A stretch of DNA of 62,550 nt, filler included. It is 8 parts of 8 records of this genome, joined end to end, with 100 filler letters (N's around TTAATTAATTAA, not from the genome) between each part and the next. Parts side by side here need not be neighbours in the genome. Positions count along the whole stretch, not along the records: positions 5,341 to 12,444 come from SRR31147125_33339; positions 12,545 to 19,710 come from SRR31147125_33351; positions 19,811 to 25,374 come from SRR31147125_33408; 5 more parts are not named here. One strand, 5' to 3'. Shown here one piece after another: positions 10,872 through 20,720 of the stretch. Position 1 is the stretch's first letter, and each line of letters starts with the position of its first letter. The notes under the pieces are model-generated. The model did not search any database. It was not told where the DNA came from and saw only the letters and a list, made by a program, of their open reading frames with translations. Position numbers and translations under genes: made by a program.

Positions 10872-11576
10872 TTATTGCGCACTCTCAATTAAAACAGCGA
10901 TATAGCTGTAATAGAGAAGCAGTATCACAATCAGAAAGATGAGCAGCTTCCTGCGTTCTCCAGGATTTTCTTTCCTCCAGTTGGCTCCCATCCTCCAGAG
11001 AACCAGAGAGTCGGAGATACTTAAGATGATACCGGCTATTGCAAGATGGTCAGGTTTGGAAAATATTGCTGATATTGAGCCTGCTGCCAGTATTGCTAAT
11101 CCAACAGCATAGATTCGCAGTTGAAACACCGTATTTTTTTCAGGTTGATGAGCTCGTTCAAGAAGTATAACCAGAACTGCTATGCTGATGATTCCTGCCA
11201 ATATCCCAATAAGCTGATTTTGACCTGTCTCTGCCTGAATAAAGAGAACAACTCCAAGACATACATTTACCAGTAGAAAGAGCACTCCTGCAACCGTTAC
11301 GGTCCATGGTGTTCCTGTTTCAAGCCTCTCATCTTTTGCCTCGACAACTGATGAACCTTCTATTCCTATTTCACCCAAGCCCATTGCAAACAACAAAACA
11401 ACCGGAACTATGGCAACTATTTCTGCGGTTAAAACGATTACCAGGCTGCCAAGCAGGAGCATGGCTGGGGTCGTAACACGTTTTGCCAGAAACAGTGGTT
11501 GAGATGGGTTGGAAAAATATCTCATCTGGATGATGAAATTAGAGATAACCAGCAGGATCCAAATATAAAAGAGCAT
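10872..11576 (-). CDS. Integral membrane protein, possibly YhhN/lysoplasmalogenase-like
   Basis: About eight TM helices; ISDSLV motif near the C-terminus. Confidence 0.5.
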   Translation of the reverse strand: MLFYIWILLVISNFIIQMRYFSNPSQPLFLAKRVTTPAMLLLGSLVIVLTAEIVAIVPVVLLFAMGLGEIGIEGSSVVEAKDERLETGTPWTVTVAGVLFLLVNVCLGVVLFIQAETGQNQLIGILAGIISIAVLVILLERAHQPEKNTVFQLRIYAVGLAILAAGSISAIFSKPDHLAIAGIILSISDSLVLWRMGANWRKENPGERRKLLIFLIVILLLYYSYIAVLIESAQ

Positions 11577-11730
11577 GGGTAATGATATAATGCCTGGTCA
11601 ATAGTTATCTATTATTTTTTATATACTGGAAGAGTACTTTGGTGAGTATTCAAAATTTTAAACCACTTCACATAATACCGCTGAATCAGAAGACTATATA
11701 CAGAATAGAGGTATTCACCTTTACCATAAT

Positions 11731-12444
11731 TTAATCAAAATCTAAAACTAATTGTTTTTTGTATGGAGGATAAAATAAACCAATTATAATAAATGGATTA
11801 GGTGATCTTCTTTGATGATACTGCAAGGTAGTGCCAAGGAAAAAATAAATATCTTTTTCCGCCAAACTATATAACTTTTGTTCGACTTTTTCAGGGCTGC
11901 CTGTTCATTATTATTTTCACTCTTCATGCAGTTCCAATAAAGTGCTCCAATCTCCCAATCTTCAATTTTCATTCGCCTTCTAGCACCGTCTTCTGTATAG
12001 AATATATAGAAAAAATCATACGGAATTTTCTTAAGAGCTCTTTTTTTACCATTTGATTGAATATCAAACAGATCATTCTCAAGCAAATATGATTCCCATT
12101 CTTTCTTCCATTCTCTATCTGTTGCTACTATTTCAACTTTCTCAATGCTACTTGGTTTCAATGTTGCTAAAGAGACATTTTCCGGTTCTAAGGAATCTTT
12201 AATTAAATCTGCCATAGAGTAGTAAACATTGTTTAGGATCAAATCTCTACGCTCTTTCCAGCAATCATCCGTACTTAACTTTTCACCAACAATTATGTCT
12301 TCTTGAATTCCTTTTTCTGGTCTGTAGCTTTCAGGTCTAAAATCATCTGTAAATCGGCTAGCAAGGTTTAATTGAATCCAAGCATATTTAGGATATTGAT
12401 TTGCATTCTTAAGTAATCGAAAAGGAACTGGGTATATTCGAACC
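11731..12444 (-). CDS. Conserved hypothetical protein (RIYPVPFR / DFRPESY / WEIGALYWNC type), 5'-truncated, one homopolymer frameshift
   Basis: Frame is open from the contig end (VRIYPVPFR…); after an A5 run near 11888 the reading continues in another frame as VEQKLYSLAEKDIYFFLGTT…NPFIIIGLFYPP to a stop at 11731. Confidence 0.65.
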
Positions 12445-12544
12445 NNNNNNNNNNNNNNNNNNNNNNNNNNNNNNNNNNNNNNNNNNNNTTAATTAATTAA
12501 NNNNNNNNNNNNNNNNNNNNNNNNNNNNNNNNNNNNNNNNNNNN
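12445..12544. other. Artificial contig linker
   Basis: N44-TTAATTAATTAA-N44. Confidence 0.99.
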
Positions 12545-13300
12545 GAAACACTTCTTGAAAGTGAACTCTTTGGTCATGAGAAAGGATCGTTCACAGGTGC
12601 ACATCAGCTAAAAAAAGGATATTTTGAAGTTGCAGGAGAAGGAACTCTTTTTCTTGATGAGATCGGCGAACTTAGTGAAAACATGCAGGTAAAACTTCTA
12701 AGAGTTCTACAGGAAAGAAATTTTACCAGAGTTGGTGGAACTGAGAAAATACAGACAAGGGTTCGTCTTATTGCAGCAACAAATCGTGATCTTAAAGAGC
12801 AGATCCGTAAAGGTCTTTTCAGAGAAGATCTTTATTTTAGATTAAATGTCCTTGAGATCTATATTCCTCCAATAAGTCAAAGACGGGAGGATATTATTCC
12901 CCTTGCTCATCTTTTTCTTGAAGAGTTTGAAGCAAAATCAGGAAAAGAGCTGCACTTTTCAGATGAAATGATCAAGTTTCTGGAAACCTATGATTTTCCT
13001 GGAAATGTCAGAGAGCTTAAGAATATAGTTGAAAGAGGAACTGTTTTTGAAAGTGGTGGAGTAGTTGATAACAGGAACTTTAATACTACTCGTGAGATCT
13101 CTGAGAAAATTACCGGTGAGATTGCTATTGACTTTAATTCAGCTGTAAGTCTTGACAATATTCTTGAGGAAGTTGAAAGAAAGTATATCTCCGGAGCACT
13201 TGAGAAAACTGGAAACAATAGGCAGGAGACAGCTAAACTCCTTAATATCACGGAAAGATCGCTAAGATATAGGATTACAAAACTTAATATTAAAGGATAA
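12545..13300 (+). CDS. Sigma-54-dependent Fis-family activator (PilR-like), 5'-truncated
   Basis: [32 protein letters not shown], Fis HTH; next to prepilin peptidase. Confidence 0.88.
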   Translation, partial: ETLLESELFGHEKGSFTGAHQLKKGYFEVAGEGTLFLDEIGELSENMQVKLLRVLQERNFTRVGGTEKIQTRVRLIAATNRDLKEQIRKGLFREDLYFRLNVLEIYIPPISQRREDIIPLAHLFLEEFEAKSGKELHFSDEMIKFLETYDFPGNVRELKNIVERGTVFESGGVVDNRNFNTTREISEKITGEIAIDFNSAVSLDNILEEVERKYISGALEKTGNNRQETAKLLNITERSLRYRITKLNIKG

Positions 13301-13302
13301 CG

Positions 13303-14154
13303 ATGTTTGAAATTTTTAATAATAGTGAGTTCTTACCCTTTACAACTGCGGTCGTTCTTATTTTCGGAATGCTGACGGGGAGTTTTCTTAATGTAGTTAT
13401 CTATAGAGTTCCGCTTGGTAAAAGCATAGTTTTTCCACCTAGCTCGTGTACGACTTGTTCCCACCAGATCAAATGGTATGAGAATATTCCCGTTATAAGC
13501 TGGGTGTTCTTAAGAGGAAAATGTTCAGGATGCGGACAGAAAATATCTGCAATTTACCCCATGATCGAGCTTTTAAATGGTCTTCTTTATGTTCTGGCTT
13601 TTTTAAGGTTTGGTATTTCGCCTGAACTTCCCTTTGTCTTTTATTTCCTATCCGCAATGATCGCTACCGCTATAATTGATTTTAAAACGCAGGATGTCTA
13701 CAGTCTTATTGTTCTTCCGTTAATAGTTCTTGGAGTTGTCAGGGCACTTTTAACAAATGAAATAAGCTGGATAGAATCACTTGTTGGAGCTGCTTTTGGT
13801 GGTGGAATTCTTCTCCTTGCAATTGCAGTATTCTATATTGTTACAAAAAAGATAGGAATGGGGCTTGGTGATGTCTATATTCTCGGTGCTATCGGCGCTT
13901 TTACCGGTCCGAGAACTATTCCGCTTATCCTTCTTACGTCCTGTCTTGCAGGGATTGTTTTTTTCGTAGTTGCAAAAGCTGTTTTTAGAAAGAAGCTTAT
14001 AGCGATAAATCTTAAAAAAGAAGATCTCAATACTGATAACGATAAAGATCTTGAGAATGCCATCTATTTTGGACCTTTTCTTGCGGTTGCAGGAATAATT
14101 GTTCTGTTGTGTCCAATGATATACTTGAATTTACTTATTGGAATAAATTTTTGA
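13303..14154 (+). CDS. pilD: Prepilin peptidase / N-methyltransferase
   Basis: GSFLNVVIYRVP, two CxxC pairs, GMGLGD and FGPFL motifs. Confidence 0.95.
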   Translation: MFEIFNNSEFLPFTTAVVLIFGMLTGSFLNVVIYRVPLGKSIVFPPSSCTTCSHQIKWYENIPVISWVFLRGKCSGCGQKISAIYPMIELLNGLLYVLAFLRFGISPELPFVFYFLSAMIATAIIDFKTQDVYSLIVLPLIVLGVVRALLTNEISWIESLVGAAFGGGILLLAIAVFYIVTKKIGMGLGDVYILGAIGAFTGPRTIPLILLTSCLAGIVFFVVAKAVFRKKLIAINLKKEDLNTDNDKDLENAIYFGPFLAVAGIIVLLCPMIYLNLLIGINF

Positions 14155-14161
14155 GGTAGAA

Positions 14162-15433
14162 ATGGAAAAGAAAAATGCTCTGGATTACCATAAGTATCCA
14201 CAACCAGGAAAGATAGAGATCGTTCCCACAAAAAATTGTAAAACTCAGGAAGATCTGTCTTTAGCCTACACTCCCGGTGTTGCGGTTCCCTGTCTTGAGA
14301 TAGAAAAAGACGATTCAACAAGTTTTGACTATACTGGAAGAGGAAATCTTGTCGGTGTTATTACTGATGGGACTGCTGTTCTTGGATTAGGAGATATCGG
14401 ACCCCTTGCATCAAAACCTGTAATGGAAGGAAAAGCACTTCTTTTTAAAAGGTTTGCAGGAGTTAATGCATATGATGTTGAAGTTGATGAAAATGACCCT
14501 GAGAAATTTATCAGGATAGTTAAAGCTCTTGAACCGACTTTTGGCGGTATAAATCTTGAGGATATTTCATCTCCCAACTGTTTTATGATCGAAGAAAAAC
14601 TAAAGGAGATCATGGATATTCCTGTTTTTCATGACGACCAGCATGGAACAGCTGTGATAGGTGCAGCAGGAGTTCTTAACGGACTTGAGATCGCCGGGAA
14701 AAAGCCACAGGACTGCAAAGTTGTTCTTACAGGGCCTGGAGCTGCCGGTGTAGCAATTGCAAAGCACATGATAAACTGCGGATTCAAAGAGGAGAATATT
14801 TTCGCTTATGACAGCAGGGGAGTTCTCTATAAAGGTCGTGAGAACAAGAAAAGTCCATTTCACACCTTTCTTTTCCGCGATACTGAAAAAAGAACTCTCT
14901 TGGAACTATTTGATGGCGCTGATGTTTTTATAGGAACCAGCATAAAGGGAATGGTCACCGAAGAGATGATACTCAAAATGGCAAAAGACCCTGTGATCTT
15001 TCCAATGGCTAACCCTGATCCTGAGATACCTTATGAAACGATCATGAAAGTTCGTCCTGACGCTCTTGCAGGGACAGGCAGAAGTGACTATCCTAATCAG
15101 GTTAATAATGTTCTCGGTTTTCCTGCGATTTTTAGAGGAGCGTTTGATGTCAGGGCTAGAAAGATAACTGAGAAAATGAAGATGGCGGCTACTCATGCAT
15201 TGATGAACGTTGCCAAAATGCCGATACCTCGATCAATTCTTGATATTTATGGACTGGATTCTCTTGAGTTCAGCTCAGACTATTTGATCCCTAAGCCATT
15301 TGATCCAAGAGTTCTTGTAGAAGTTGCCTGTTCTGTTGCAAAAGCTGCTATGGATGAAGGCGTAAGCAGAATAGAAGTTGACATTGAAAAGTATAAAAAA
15401 GAGCTTTCACGGAGATTTAACGTTGAGAACTGA
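14162..15433 (+). CDS. NAD(P)-dependent malic enzyme (no PTA domain)
   Basis: LSLAYTPGVA, PVMEGK, FHDDQHGTA, TGRSDYPNQVNN. Confidence 0.95.
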   Translation: MEKKNALDYHKYPQPGKIEIVPTKNCKTQEDLSLAYTPGVAVPCLEIEKDDSTSFDYTGRGNLVGVITDGTAVLGLGDIGPLASKPVMEGKALLFKRFAGVNAYDVEVDENDPEKFIRIVKALEPTFGGINLEDISSPNCFMIEEKLKEIMDIPVFHDDQHGTAVIGAAGVLNGLEIAGKKPQDCKVVLTGPGAAGVAIAKHMINCGFKEENIFAYDSRGVLYKGRENKKSPFHTFLFRDTEKRTLLELFDGADVFIGTSIKGMVTEEMILKMAKDPVIFPMANPDPEIPYETIMKVRPDALAGTGRSDYPNQVNNVLGFPAIFRGAFDVRARKITEKMKMAATHALMNVAKMPIPRSILDIYGLDSLEFSSDYLIPKPFDPRVLVEVACSVAKAAMDEGVSRIEVDIEKYKKELSRRFNVEN

Positions 15434-15941
15434 TAGTTTTGTACATGTATATACAGGAACAGGAAAAGGAAAGACAACAGCTGCCATCGGTCTATCCATA
15501 AGAGCTGCAGCAGCGGGAAAAAAAGTCTTTATCGGTCAGTTTGTCAAAGGAATGCACTACAGTGAACTGGATCTTCTGCCAAAAATCGGGAACATGGAAG
15601 TTAAACAGTATGGAAAAGACTGTTTTATCTATAAGGATCCTTCAGAAGAAGACATCCGGATCGCTCGTGAAGGTCTTAAAGATGCAGCATCAAGACTCGC
15701 TTCAGGTGATTACGGACTTGTGGTTCTTGATGAAGCTAATATTGCACTTTATTACAATCTTTTTACTTTTGAAGAACTATGGGATGCCGTTGAAAAAAGA
15801 GCTCAGGGTGTAGAAGTTGTGATAACTGGGAGAAAAGCTCCGGTAGAACTAATAGAGAAAGCTGATCTTGTTACTGAAATGAATGAGATAAAGCATTACT
15901 ACTCAAAAGGAATTGAGGCAAGAACTGGGATAGAGAAATAG
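15423..15941 (+). CDS. cobO: Cob(I)alamin adenosyltransferase CobO/BtuR
   Basis: VYTGTGKGKTTAA, VVLDE, ITGR…ADLVTEM; probable TTG start. Confidence 0.92.
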   Translation: MRTDSFVHVYTGTGKGKTTAAIGLSIRAAAAGKKVFIGQFVKGMHYSELDLLPKIGNMEVKQYGKDCFIYKDPSEEDIRIAREGLKDAASRLASGDYGLVVLDEANIALYYNLFTFEELWDAVEKRAQGVEVVITGRKAPVELIEKADLVTEMNEIKHYYSKGIEARTGIEK

Positions 15942-15950
15942 GAGAAGATC

Positions 15951-16982
15951 ATGAAAAAGATGATATTTTTTGTAGTTTCAGGATTGATTGCCGGTGCGAT
16001 GATCGCAGGATTTATCATTTATAGAAACTATGAAACTTATAAACAAACGCCTTTAAAGCTTGAAAATGAGATAACAATTGAGATCGAAAAGGGTGAAAGC
16101 TGGAAAAAAGTCGCTGATAAGCTCTTAAAGAACGGTGTAATAACTGATAAGGAAAAATTTTATTGGATGATCCGTGAAAAGAAGTGGGGATCAAAGCTTA
16201 AGACTGGTGAATATGTTTTCAGTGGAGATGTTTCACCTGTGTATGCAGCAAAGATTATAATGTCGGGAAAAGTGAGGATGTATTCTTTTACCGTTCCTGA
16301 AGGTTACAATAAGTATGATACTCAGCTGGTCTTTGAGCAGATTGAGTGGATGAAAAACAGCAAGGATTTCCTTAAAATATGTAACAGTGTTGAATTCTTA
16401 AGATCCATTGGTTATCCAAAGAGAAAAAGCTGTGAAGGGCTTCTCTTTCCATCAACTTACAGCTTTGCAAAAGGCACAGATGTTAAAGTTGTAATGAAGA
16501 AAATGGCCGATCAGCTTCGTGATGTTCTTAATAAGTATAAAAAAGAGATCAAAGCACTTGATATGACTCCTTATGAACTTCTTAAACTTGCTTCAATAAT
16601 TGAAAAAGAGACAGGAGTTAGGAAAGAACAGCCGATGATAGCTTCAGTCTTTTTAAATAGAAGAAGAATAGGAATGAAGATGCAGACAGATCCTTCAGTT
16701 ATCTATGGTTTTCTTCCAAAGTTCAATGGAAATATCACAAAGAAACATCTTCTTACTGATCATCCGTGGAATACTTACACAAGATACGGATTTCCAGTAA
16801 CTCCGCTTTGTTTTATGGGTGAGAGTGCGATTAAAAGTGTGCTTTATCCGGATAAGACAAGTCTTCTATATTTTGTTGCAACAAATAAAGGCTATCACTA
16901 CTTTTCAAAGACTCTCAAAGAGCATAATGCAGCTGTTGATCATTATCAGGTTAAGGGATTGAAGTCTAAGTTCAGGTATTAA
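15951..16982 (+). CDS. mltG: Endolytic transglycosylase MltG
   Basis: N-terminal TM helix, TVPEG, LASIIEKET, MQTDPSVIYG, PWNTY. Confidence 0.95.
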   Translation: MKKMIFFVVSGLIAGAMIAGFIIYRNYETYKQTPLKLENEITIEIEKGESWKKVADKLLKNGVITDKEKFYWMIREKKWGSKLKTGEYVFSGDVSPVYAAKIIMSGKVRMYSFTVPEGYNKYDTQLVFEQIEWMKNSKDFLKICNSVEFLRSIGYPKRKSCEGLLFPSTYSFAKGTDVKVVMKKMADQLRDVLNKYKKEIKALDMTPYELLKLASIIEKETGVRKEQPMIASVFLNRRRIGMKMQTDPSVIYGFLPKFNGNITKKHLLTDHPWNTYTRYGFPVTPLCFMGESAIKSVLYPDKTSLLYFVATNKGYHYFSKTLKEHNAAVDHYQVKGLKSKFRY

Positions 16983-16996
16983 TTAAGGAAGGAATA

Positions 16997-17695
16997 ATGG
17001 GAATTAGAAACGTTATAAGGTCGATCCTCGGGAAATTCGGATATGAAATTAGAAGGGTACGTGAAATAGAATCAAGAAATGGGTTTGAGCTTTTTCAATA
17101 TAGAAATTCTGATGGTAGCTTTGATTATGATCGTTATAAACAGATCCAGACGAATGGAAATGTTGAAAAGATCAACAATGTTTGGGTGAAAGAGCAGAAT
17201 ATTGAATTCATTTCCAAATACATTAAAGAACACTTGGAAGATGTGAATTTCGGCTTATGTCACGGAACTAGAAGAGGTAAGGAGCAGGAGTGGTTTAATA
17301 AGTATCTTTCCTGTGATGTTCTCGGCACAGAAATTTCTGAGACTGCAACACAATTCCCAAACACCATTCAGTGGGATTTTCACGAAGTAAAACCTGAGTG
17401 GGAAAATTCGGTTGACTTTATCTACAGCAATTCCTTTGACCATAGTTACGATCCGGAAATGTGTCTAAATCAATGGATGAGCTGTCTTAAAAAAGGTGGT
17501 TTATGTATAATTGAGCATACTTCAGGTCATGAACTTGCGACTGAGCTTGATCCTTTTGGTGCTCACATTTCAAGGATGCCATATTTAGTTCTGACTTGGG
17601 GAAAAGGGACCTACTGTGCTAGAGAAATCTTGTCAGCGCCTTCTCTTCCCGATAGCTTAAGTTACATACACTTTCTAATAATTGTAAAGCTTTAA
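16997..17695 (+). CDS. Putative class I SAM-dependent methyltransferase-like protein
   Basis: DFIYSNSFDH…LKKGG motif. Confidence 0.6.
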   Translation: MGIRNVIRSILGKFGYEIRRVREIESRNGFELFQYRNSDGSFDYDRYKQIQTNGNVEKINNVWVKEQNIEFISKYIKEHLEDVNFGLCHGTRRGKEQEWFNKYLSCDVLGTEISETATQFPNTIQWDFHEVKPEWENSVDFIYSNSFDHSYDPEMCLNQWMSCLKKGGLCIIEHTSGHELATELDPFGAHISRMPYLVLTWGKGTYCAREILSAPSLPDSLSYIHFLIIVKL

Positions 17696-17712
17696 GTTAG
17701 TCGATCAAGGGA

Positions 17713-18696
17713 CTAGAAAACAGTAATACTACACCCATCTGAACTATCTTCATCTTCTTCCTGAGTATCATCAGGAGTTTCATCCAACTCCGTCAAGACT
17801 TCGTCGGACAGGTCGTCGGACGAGTCAGGAACTTCATTATCATCAGACTGTTCAACTGTATTAAAATACTCATCATGTGAAACATAGGTGAGATCCGCGG
17901 CCATAACGTAATGAAGTCCTTTTGAAAGTTCCTCATCAAGATCAATGACCGCAACATTGTCGTAATCAGTTTCATTGTACCAGTAGATAATTCTGTTTTT
18001 TGTGTCATAAATGAGAGAGAATTTTGTGTAATTTCCCTGTTTAACGGCATCAAGAGTGTCTCTGAGATATTCAATGCTGAAATCATCGCCCATATTTTCC
18101 ATTCTTTCTTTAATTTTGTCATAGCGATCAAATCCACCGCCACCTGTCATTCCCGGATCAGAAAGATAGAAGTTCGTTGTAATGAACCAGTCCTCCTCAT
18201 CACCTTTTCTAACGACTTTATGTGTCGGCTCAACTGCAGCAGCATCTCCGAAAGCATCGCCGAAAACTTCATAACCTGCGGCAATTCCATTAGAAGTCGT
18301 ATCGTACTTTGTCTGCACAGCGATCGCCTCTTCAACTGTGCTGCACGTTTCCATTATCTCCTGCCCAACAGTTATCCAGTCTTTCTTTTCAATTGGAGGA
18401 TCAAAAGTTACAGTCGTTTCCGGGCCTGCCATTCCGTCGTAGTAAAGACCCTTTTCATTGATCCCGCCCTGAACAGAGTTCATATCCTTATAAACAAAAT
18501 ACATCGCACCGAACTTTCCGCTTTCTCCTGGTACAAAAAGCAGCCTGATCTCGTCACTTGGAGGACCATCCTCATTAACAACACCGTAGTGCATATCATC
18601 GTTGCTCACCTGAAAGACAGAGCAGGGAAAGACCAACCCAAAAGAAAAAACTATCAAAAATAAAACGCCCAAGATCCTTGTCATATCTTTCTCCAT
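17713..18696 (-). CDS. Secreted Ntn-hydrolase (choloylglycine/linear amide C-N hydrolase-like) with acidic linker and C-terminal GC tail
   Basis: Signal peptide followed by Cys (CSVF), GGINEKGL, TNF motif; D/E-rich linker then SSDGCSITVF. Confidence 0.7.
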   Translation of the reverse strand: MEKDMTRILGVLFLIVFSFGLVFPCSVFQVSNDDMHYGVVNEDGPPSDEIRLLFVPGESGKFGAMYFVYKDMNSVQGGINEKGLYYDGMAGPETTVTFDPPIEKKDWITVGQEIMETCSTVEEAIAVQTKYDTTSNGIAAGYEVFGDAFGDAAAVEPTHKVVRKGDEEDWFITTNFYLSDPGMTGGGGFDRYDKIKERMENMGDDFSIEYLRDTLDAVKQGNYTKFSLIYDTKNRIIYWYNETDYDNVAVIDLDEELSKGLHYVMAADLTYVSHDEYFNTVEQSDDNEVPDSSDDLSDEVLTELDETPDDTQEEDEDSSDGCSITVF

Positions 18697-18760
18697 CCAA
18701 AGTTTTTAGAAAGCTGACCGTTCGTTCAGCTAGTTTAGTCTATAGGAATTGAGGATAATG

Positions 18761-19069
18761 TCAAGAAGTGTTGTCTAAGATATTGTTATTTTTTGACAAT
18801 GATTTAAGTTTTTCAAGATCACCTTTAATTAACGCACCTTTTTTTGCTCTAGACCATTTTTTTATTTGAGTTTCTCTTTCCATAGCTTCTCTTTTAGAGA
18901 TATGCTTTTCACTATATGAAAGTCTCACCGGTCTTCTGTGTTTTGTGAAAACTGCTCCTTTCCCTAAATTATGTAATTTTAATCTCTCTTCAAGATTAAT
19001 TGTATGTCCAACGTAAAAGGATCCGTCAGAGCATGTTAAGATATACGTGTAATATTCACTTGCAGTCAC
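18761..19069 (-). CDS. Small GIY-YIG nuclease (UPF0213-like)
   Basis: YTYILTC…FYVG…RLKLHN…E.QIKKW. Confidence 0.92.
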   Translation of the reverse strand: MTASEYYTYILTCSDGSFYVGHTINLEERLKLHNLGKGAVFTKHRRPVRLSYSEKHISKREAMERETQIKKWSRAKKGALIKGDLEKLKSLSKNNNILDNTS

Positions 19070-19265
19070 TTTTTTCCTCCATTTATCTCAGCAACATTCT
19101 GGTCGAATAATAATTAGAATAAGTTTGTTTGCAAATTTATTCTATGCACTTCGATGCATTCGTTGTACTCATTTACTCAGTACACCATTCGACTGTTGAA
19201 GGTTCTTTGATTATTAAAGGATTGTGTTATCCGTGGCCAGCCATGAGCAAGCGTAGCTAGTCGAA

Positions 19266-19611
19266 TGGTGGAGACGGCGGGTATCGAACCCGCGTCCGAA
19301 AAGGGGCGCTGATAAGCCTCTACATGCTTAGCTGTCTGATTTAATAAGTGCTCAGACTCCCAGCAGCAGGATTCATCACACTGTTCCACAATTAATTTCG
19401 CTTCCTTCACCCTGCGGAGAGGTTCCGGTCGCTATCCCACTGTTTGACGCCCTGTCTGCAGCCGTGAGAATACCACAGCAGGACGAGCAGCTTACGCTGC
19501 TAAAGCAAAATTATTTTCTGCGTTTCGTTTGTTTGGGCTTTTTACGAGGCCAGCCCACCTCGGCATGCATCTTAAAAGTTCCATCCTCCCCGTCAAAACC
19601 ATGTCGTCCCC
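19266..19611 (-). ncRNA. ssrA: tmRNA
   Basis: 5' GGGGACGAC…, 3' T-arm GGTTCGATACCC…GTCTCCACCA; tag ORF AENNFALAA* at 19521-19492. Confidence 0.96.
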
Positions 19612-19682
19612 ACGTTTTAAAGGTCGGTTGAAAACCGTGGATTATGGTACGTAGAAAAGGAATTTTGTCAAATAGAGTTCTA

Positions 19683-19710
19683 ATCCCCCTAGCCCCCTTT
19701 GACAAGGGGG
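19683..19710. repeat. REP-like palindrome at contig end (CCCCCTTTGACAAGGGGG)
   Basis: Hairpin preceded by ATCCCCCTAG; a related hairpin opens the last contig at 43294-43320. Confidence 0.55.
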
Positions 19711-19810
19711 NNNNNNNNNNNNNNNNNNNNNNNNNNNNNNNNNNNNNNNNNNNNTTAATTAATTAANNNNNNNNNNNNNNNNNNNNNNNNNNNNNNNNNN
19801 NNNNNNNNNN
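19711..19810. other. Artificial contig linker
   Basis: N44-TTAATTAATTAA-N44. Confidence 0.99.
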
Positions 19811-19811
19811 T

Positions 19812-20393
19812 TTTTCGTCAACCCATTTTGGAGCGTTGTTGATTCAGTTTCCCTGGCGTTTTAAATATAGTCGACAAAATGCCGATTATGTCGCAAAGTT
19901 GTTGACAGCGTTTTATCCTATTGCAAGTGTTGTCGAATTTAGACATACCAGTTGGGTTAAAACAGAAACATTTGCCCTGTTACAGGATCATAATTCCGGC
20001 TTTGTTAATATCGATCAACCTCTTATTTCTGATTCTATCGCGCCTTCTGCCCATCTTATTGGGGATATTGGTTATATACGCTTCCACGGTCGTAATGAAG
20101 CAAACTGGTTTAATGAAAATGCCGGACGGGATGCCCGTTATGATTACTTGTACAGTGATACTGAAATAAAAACATGGATCCAATTAATTGATAGTATAGC
20201 AAAAAATTCAAGCAAGACGTTTGTTGTTTTTAATAACCACTTTAGAGGACAAGCAGTCATCAATAGTTTGCAACTCTTGAATAAAGTGGAACATAAAGAA
20301 ATCGTTGCACCTGATACACTATTGAATATATTTCCAGAACTGAAATCTATTTGCAGGGGTGAGTCTTCCCAACAGACACTTGATTTATTCTGA
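19812..20393 (+). CDS. DUF72-domain protein, 5'-truncated
   Basis: LIQFP, VEFRH.SW, YIRFHGRN, YDYLYS, FNNH. Confidence 0.92.
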   Translation, partial: FSSTHFGALLIQFPWRFKYSRQNADYVAKLLTAFYPIASVVEFRHTSWVKTETFALLQDHNSGFVNIDQPLISDSIAPSAHLIGDIGYIRFHGRNEANWFNENAGRDARYDYLYSDTEIKTWIQLIDSIAKNSSKTFVVFNNHFRGQAVINSLQLLNKVEHKEIVAPDTLLNIFPELKSICRGESSQQTLDLF

Positions 20394-20539
20394 TATGTTT
20401 ATACTAATTTTCTATTATAACATGTCCTGAATAAAAGATTTTTTTGAAAAAATAGTATAGATTCATAAAATGTGAATACTTTTCTATCGTTGTGCATCTT
20501 ATTAATAATGACTATTAACACTATATAAATGGAGTATTT

Positions 20540-20698
20540 ATGGATTCGATAGGTGTGATTCTTTTTTTCATTATCTGGTTTGTGATGATGAAAGTTATAT
20601 TCCCAAAGATGGGAGTCCAGACCTGAATGTCAGCGTCATGTCATCTTCCGGAGGAAGAAACGAAAACAACTCAAGTAGACCATACAAAGAAAGATTAG
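20540..20698 (+). CDS. Small single-TM protein, candidate selenoprotein (UGA at codon 29)
   Basis: GGAG RBS; MDSIGVILFFIIWFVMMKVIFPKMGVQT-TGA(20624-20626)-MSASCHLPEEETKTTQVDHTKKD-TAG; absent from the ORF track. Confidence 0.7.
20627..20662 (+). promoter_or_regulatory. SECIS-like hairpin 1
   Basis: TCTTCC-GGA-GGAAGA stem-loop at 20644-20658; loop G lies 24 nt after the UGA. Confidence 0.55.
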
Positions 20699-20720
20699 GA
20701 ATTTATAGGAGAACGTTTAA

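Noticed and set aside
19177-19705. Short ORFs 19177-19410 and 19511-19705
   Set aside because: They overlap the tmRNA; only the tag peptide is meaningful.
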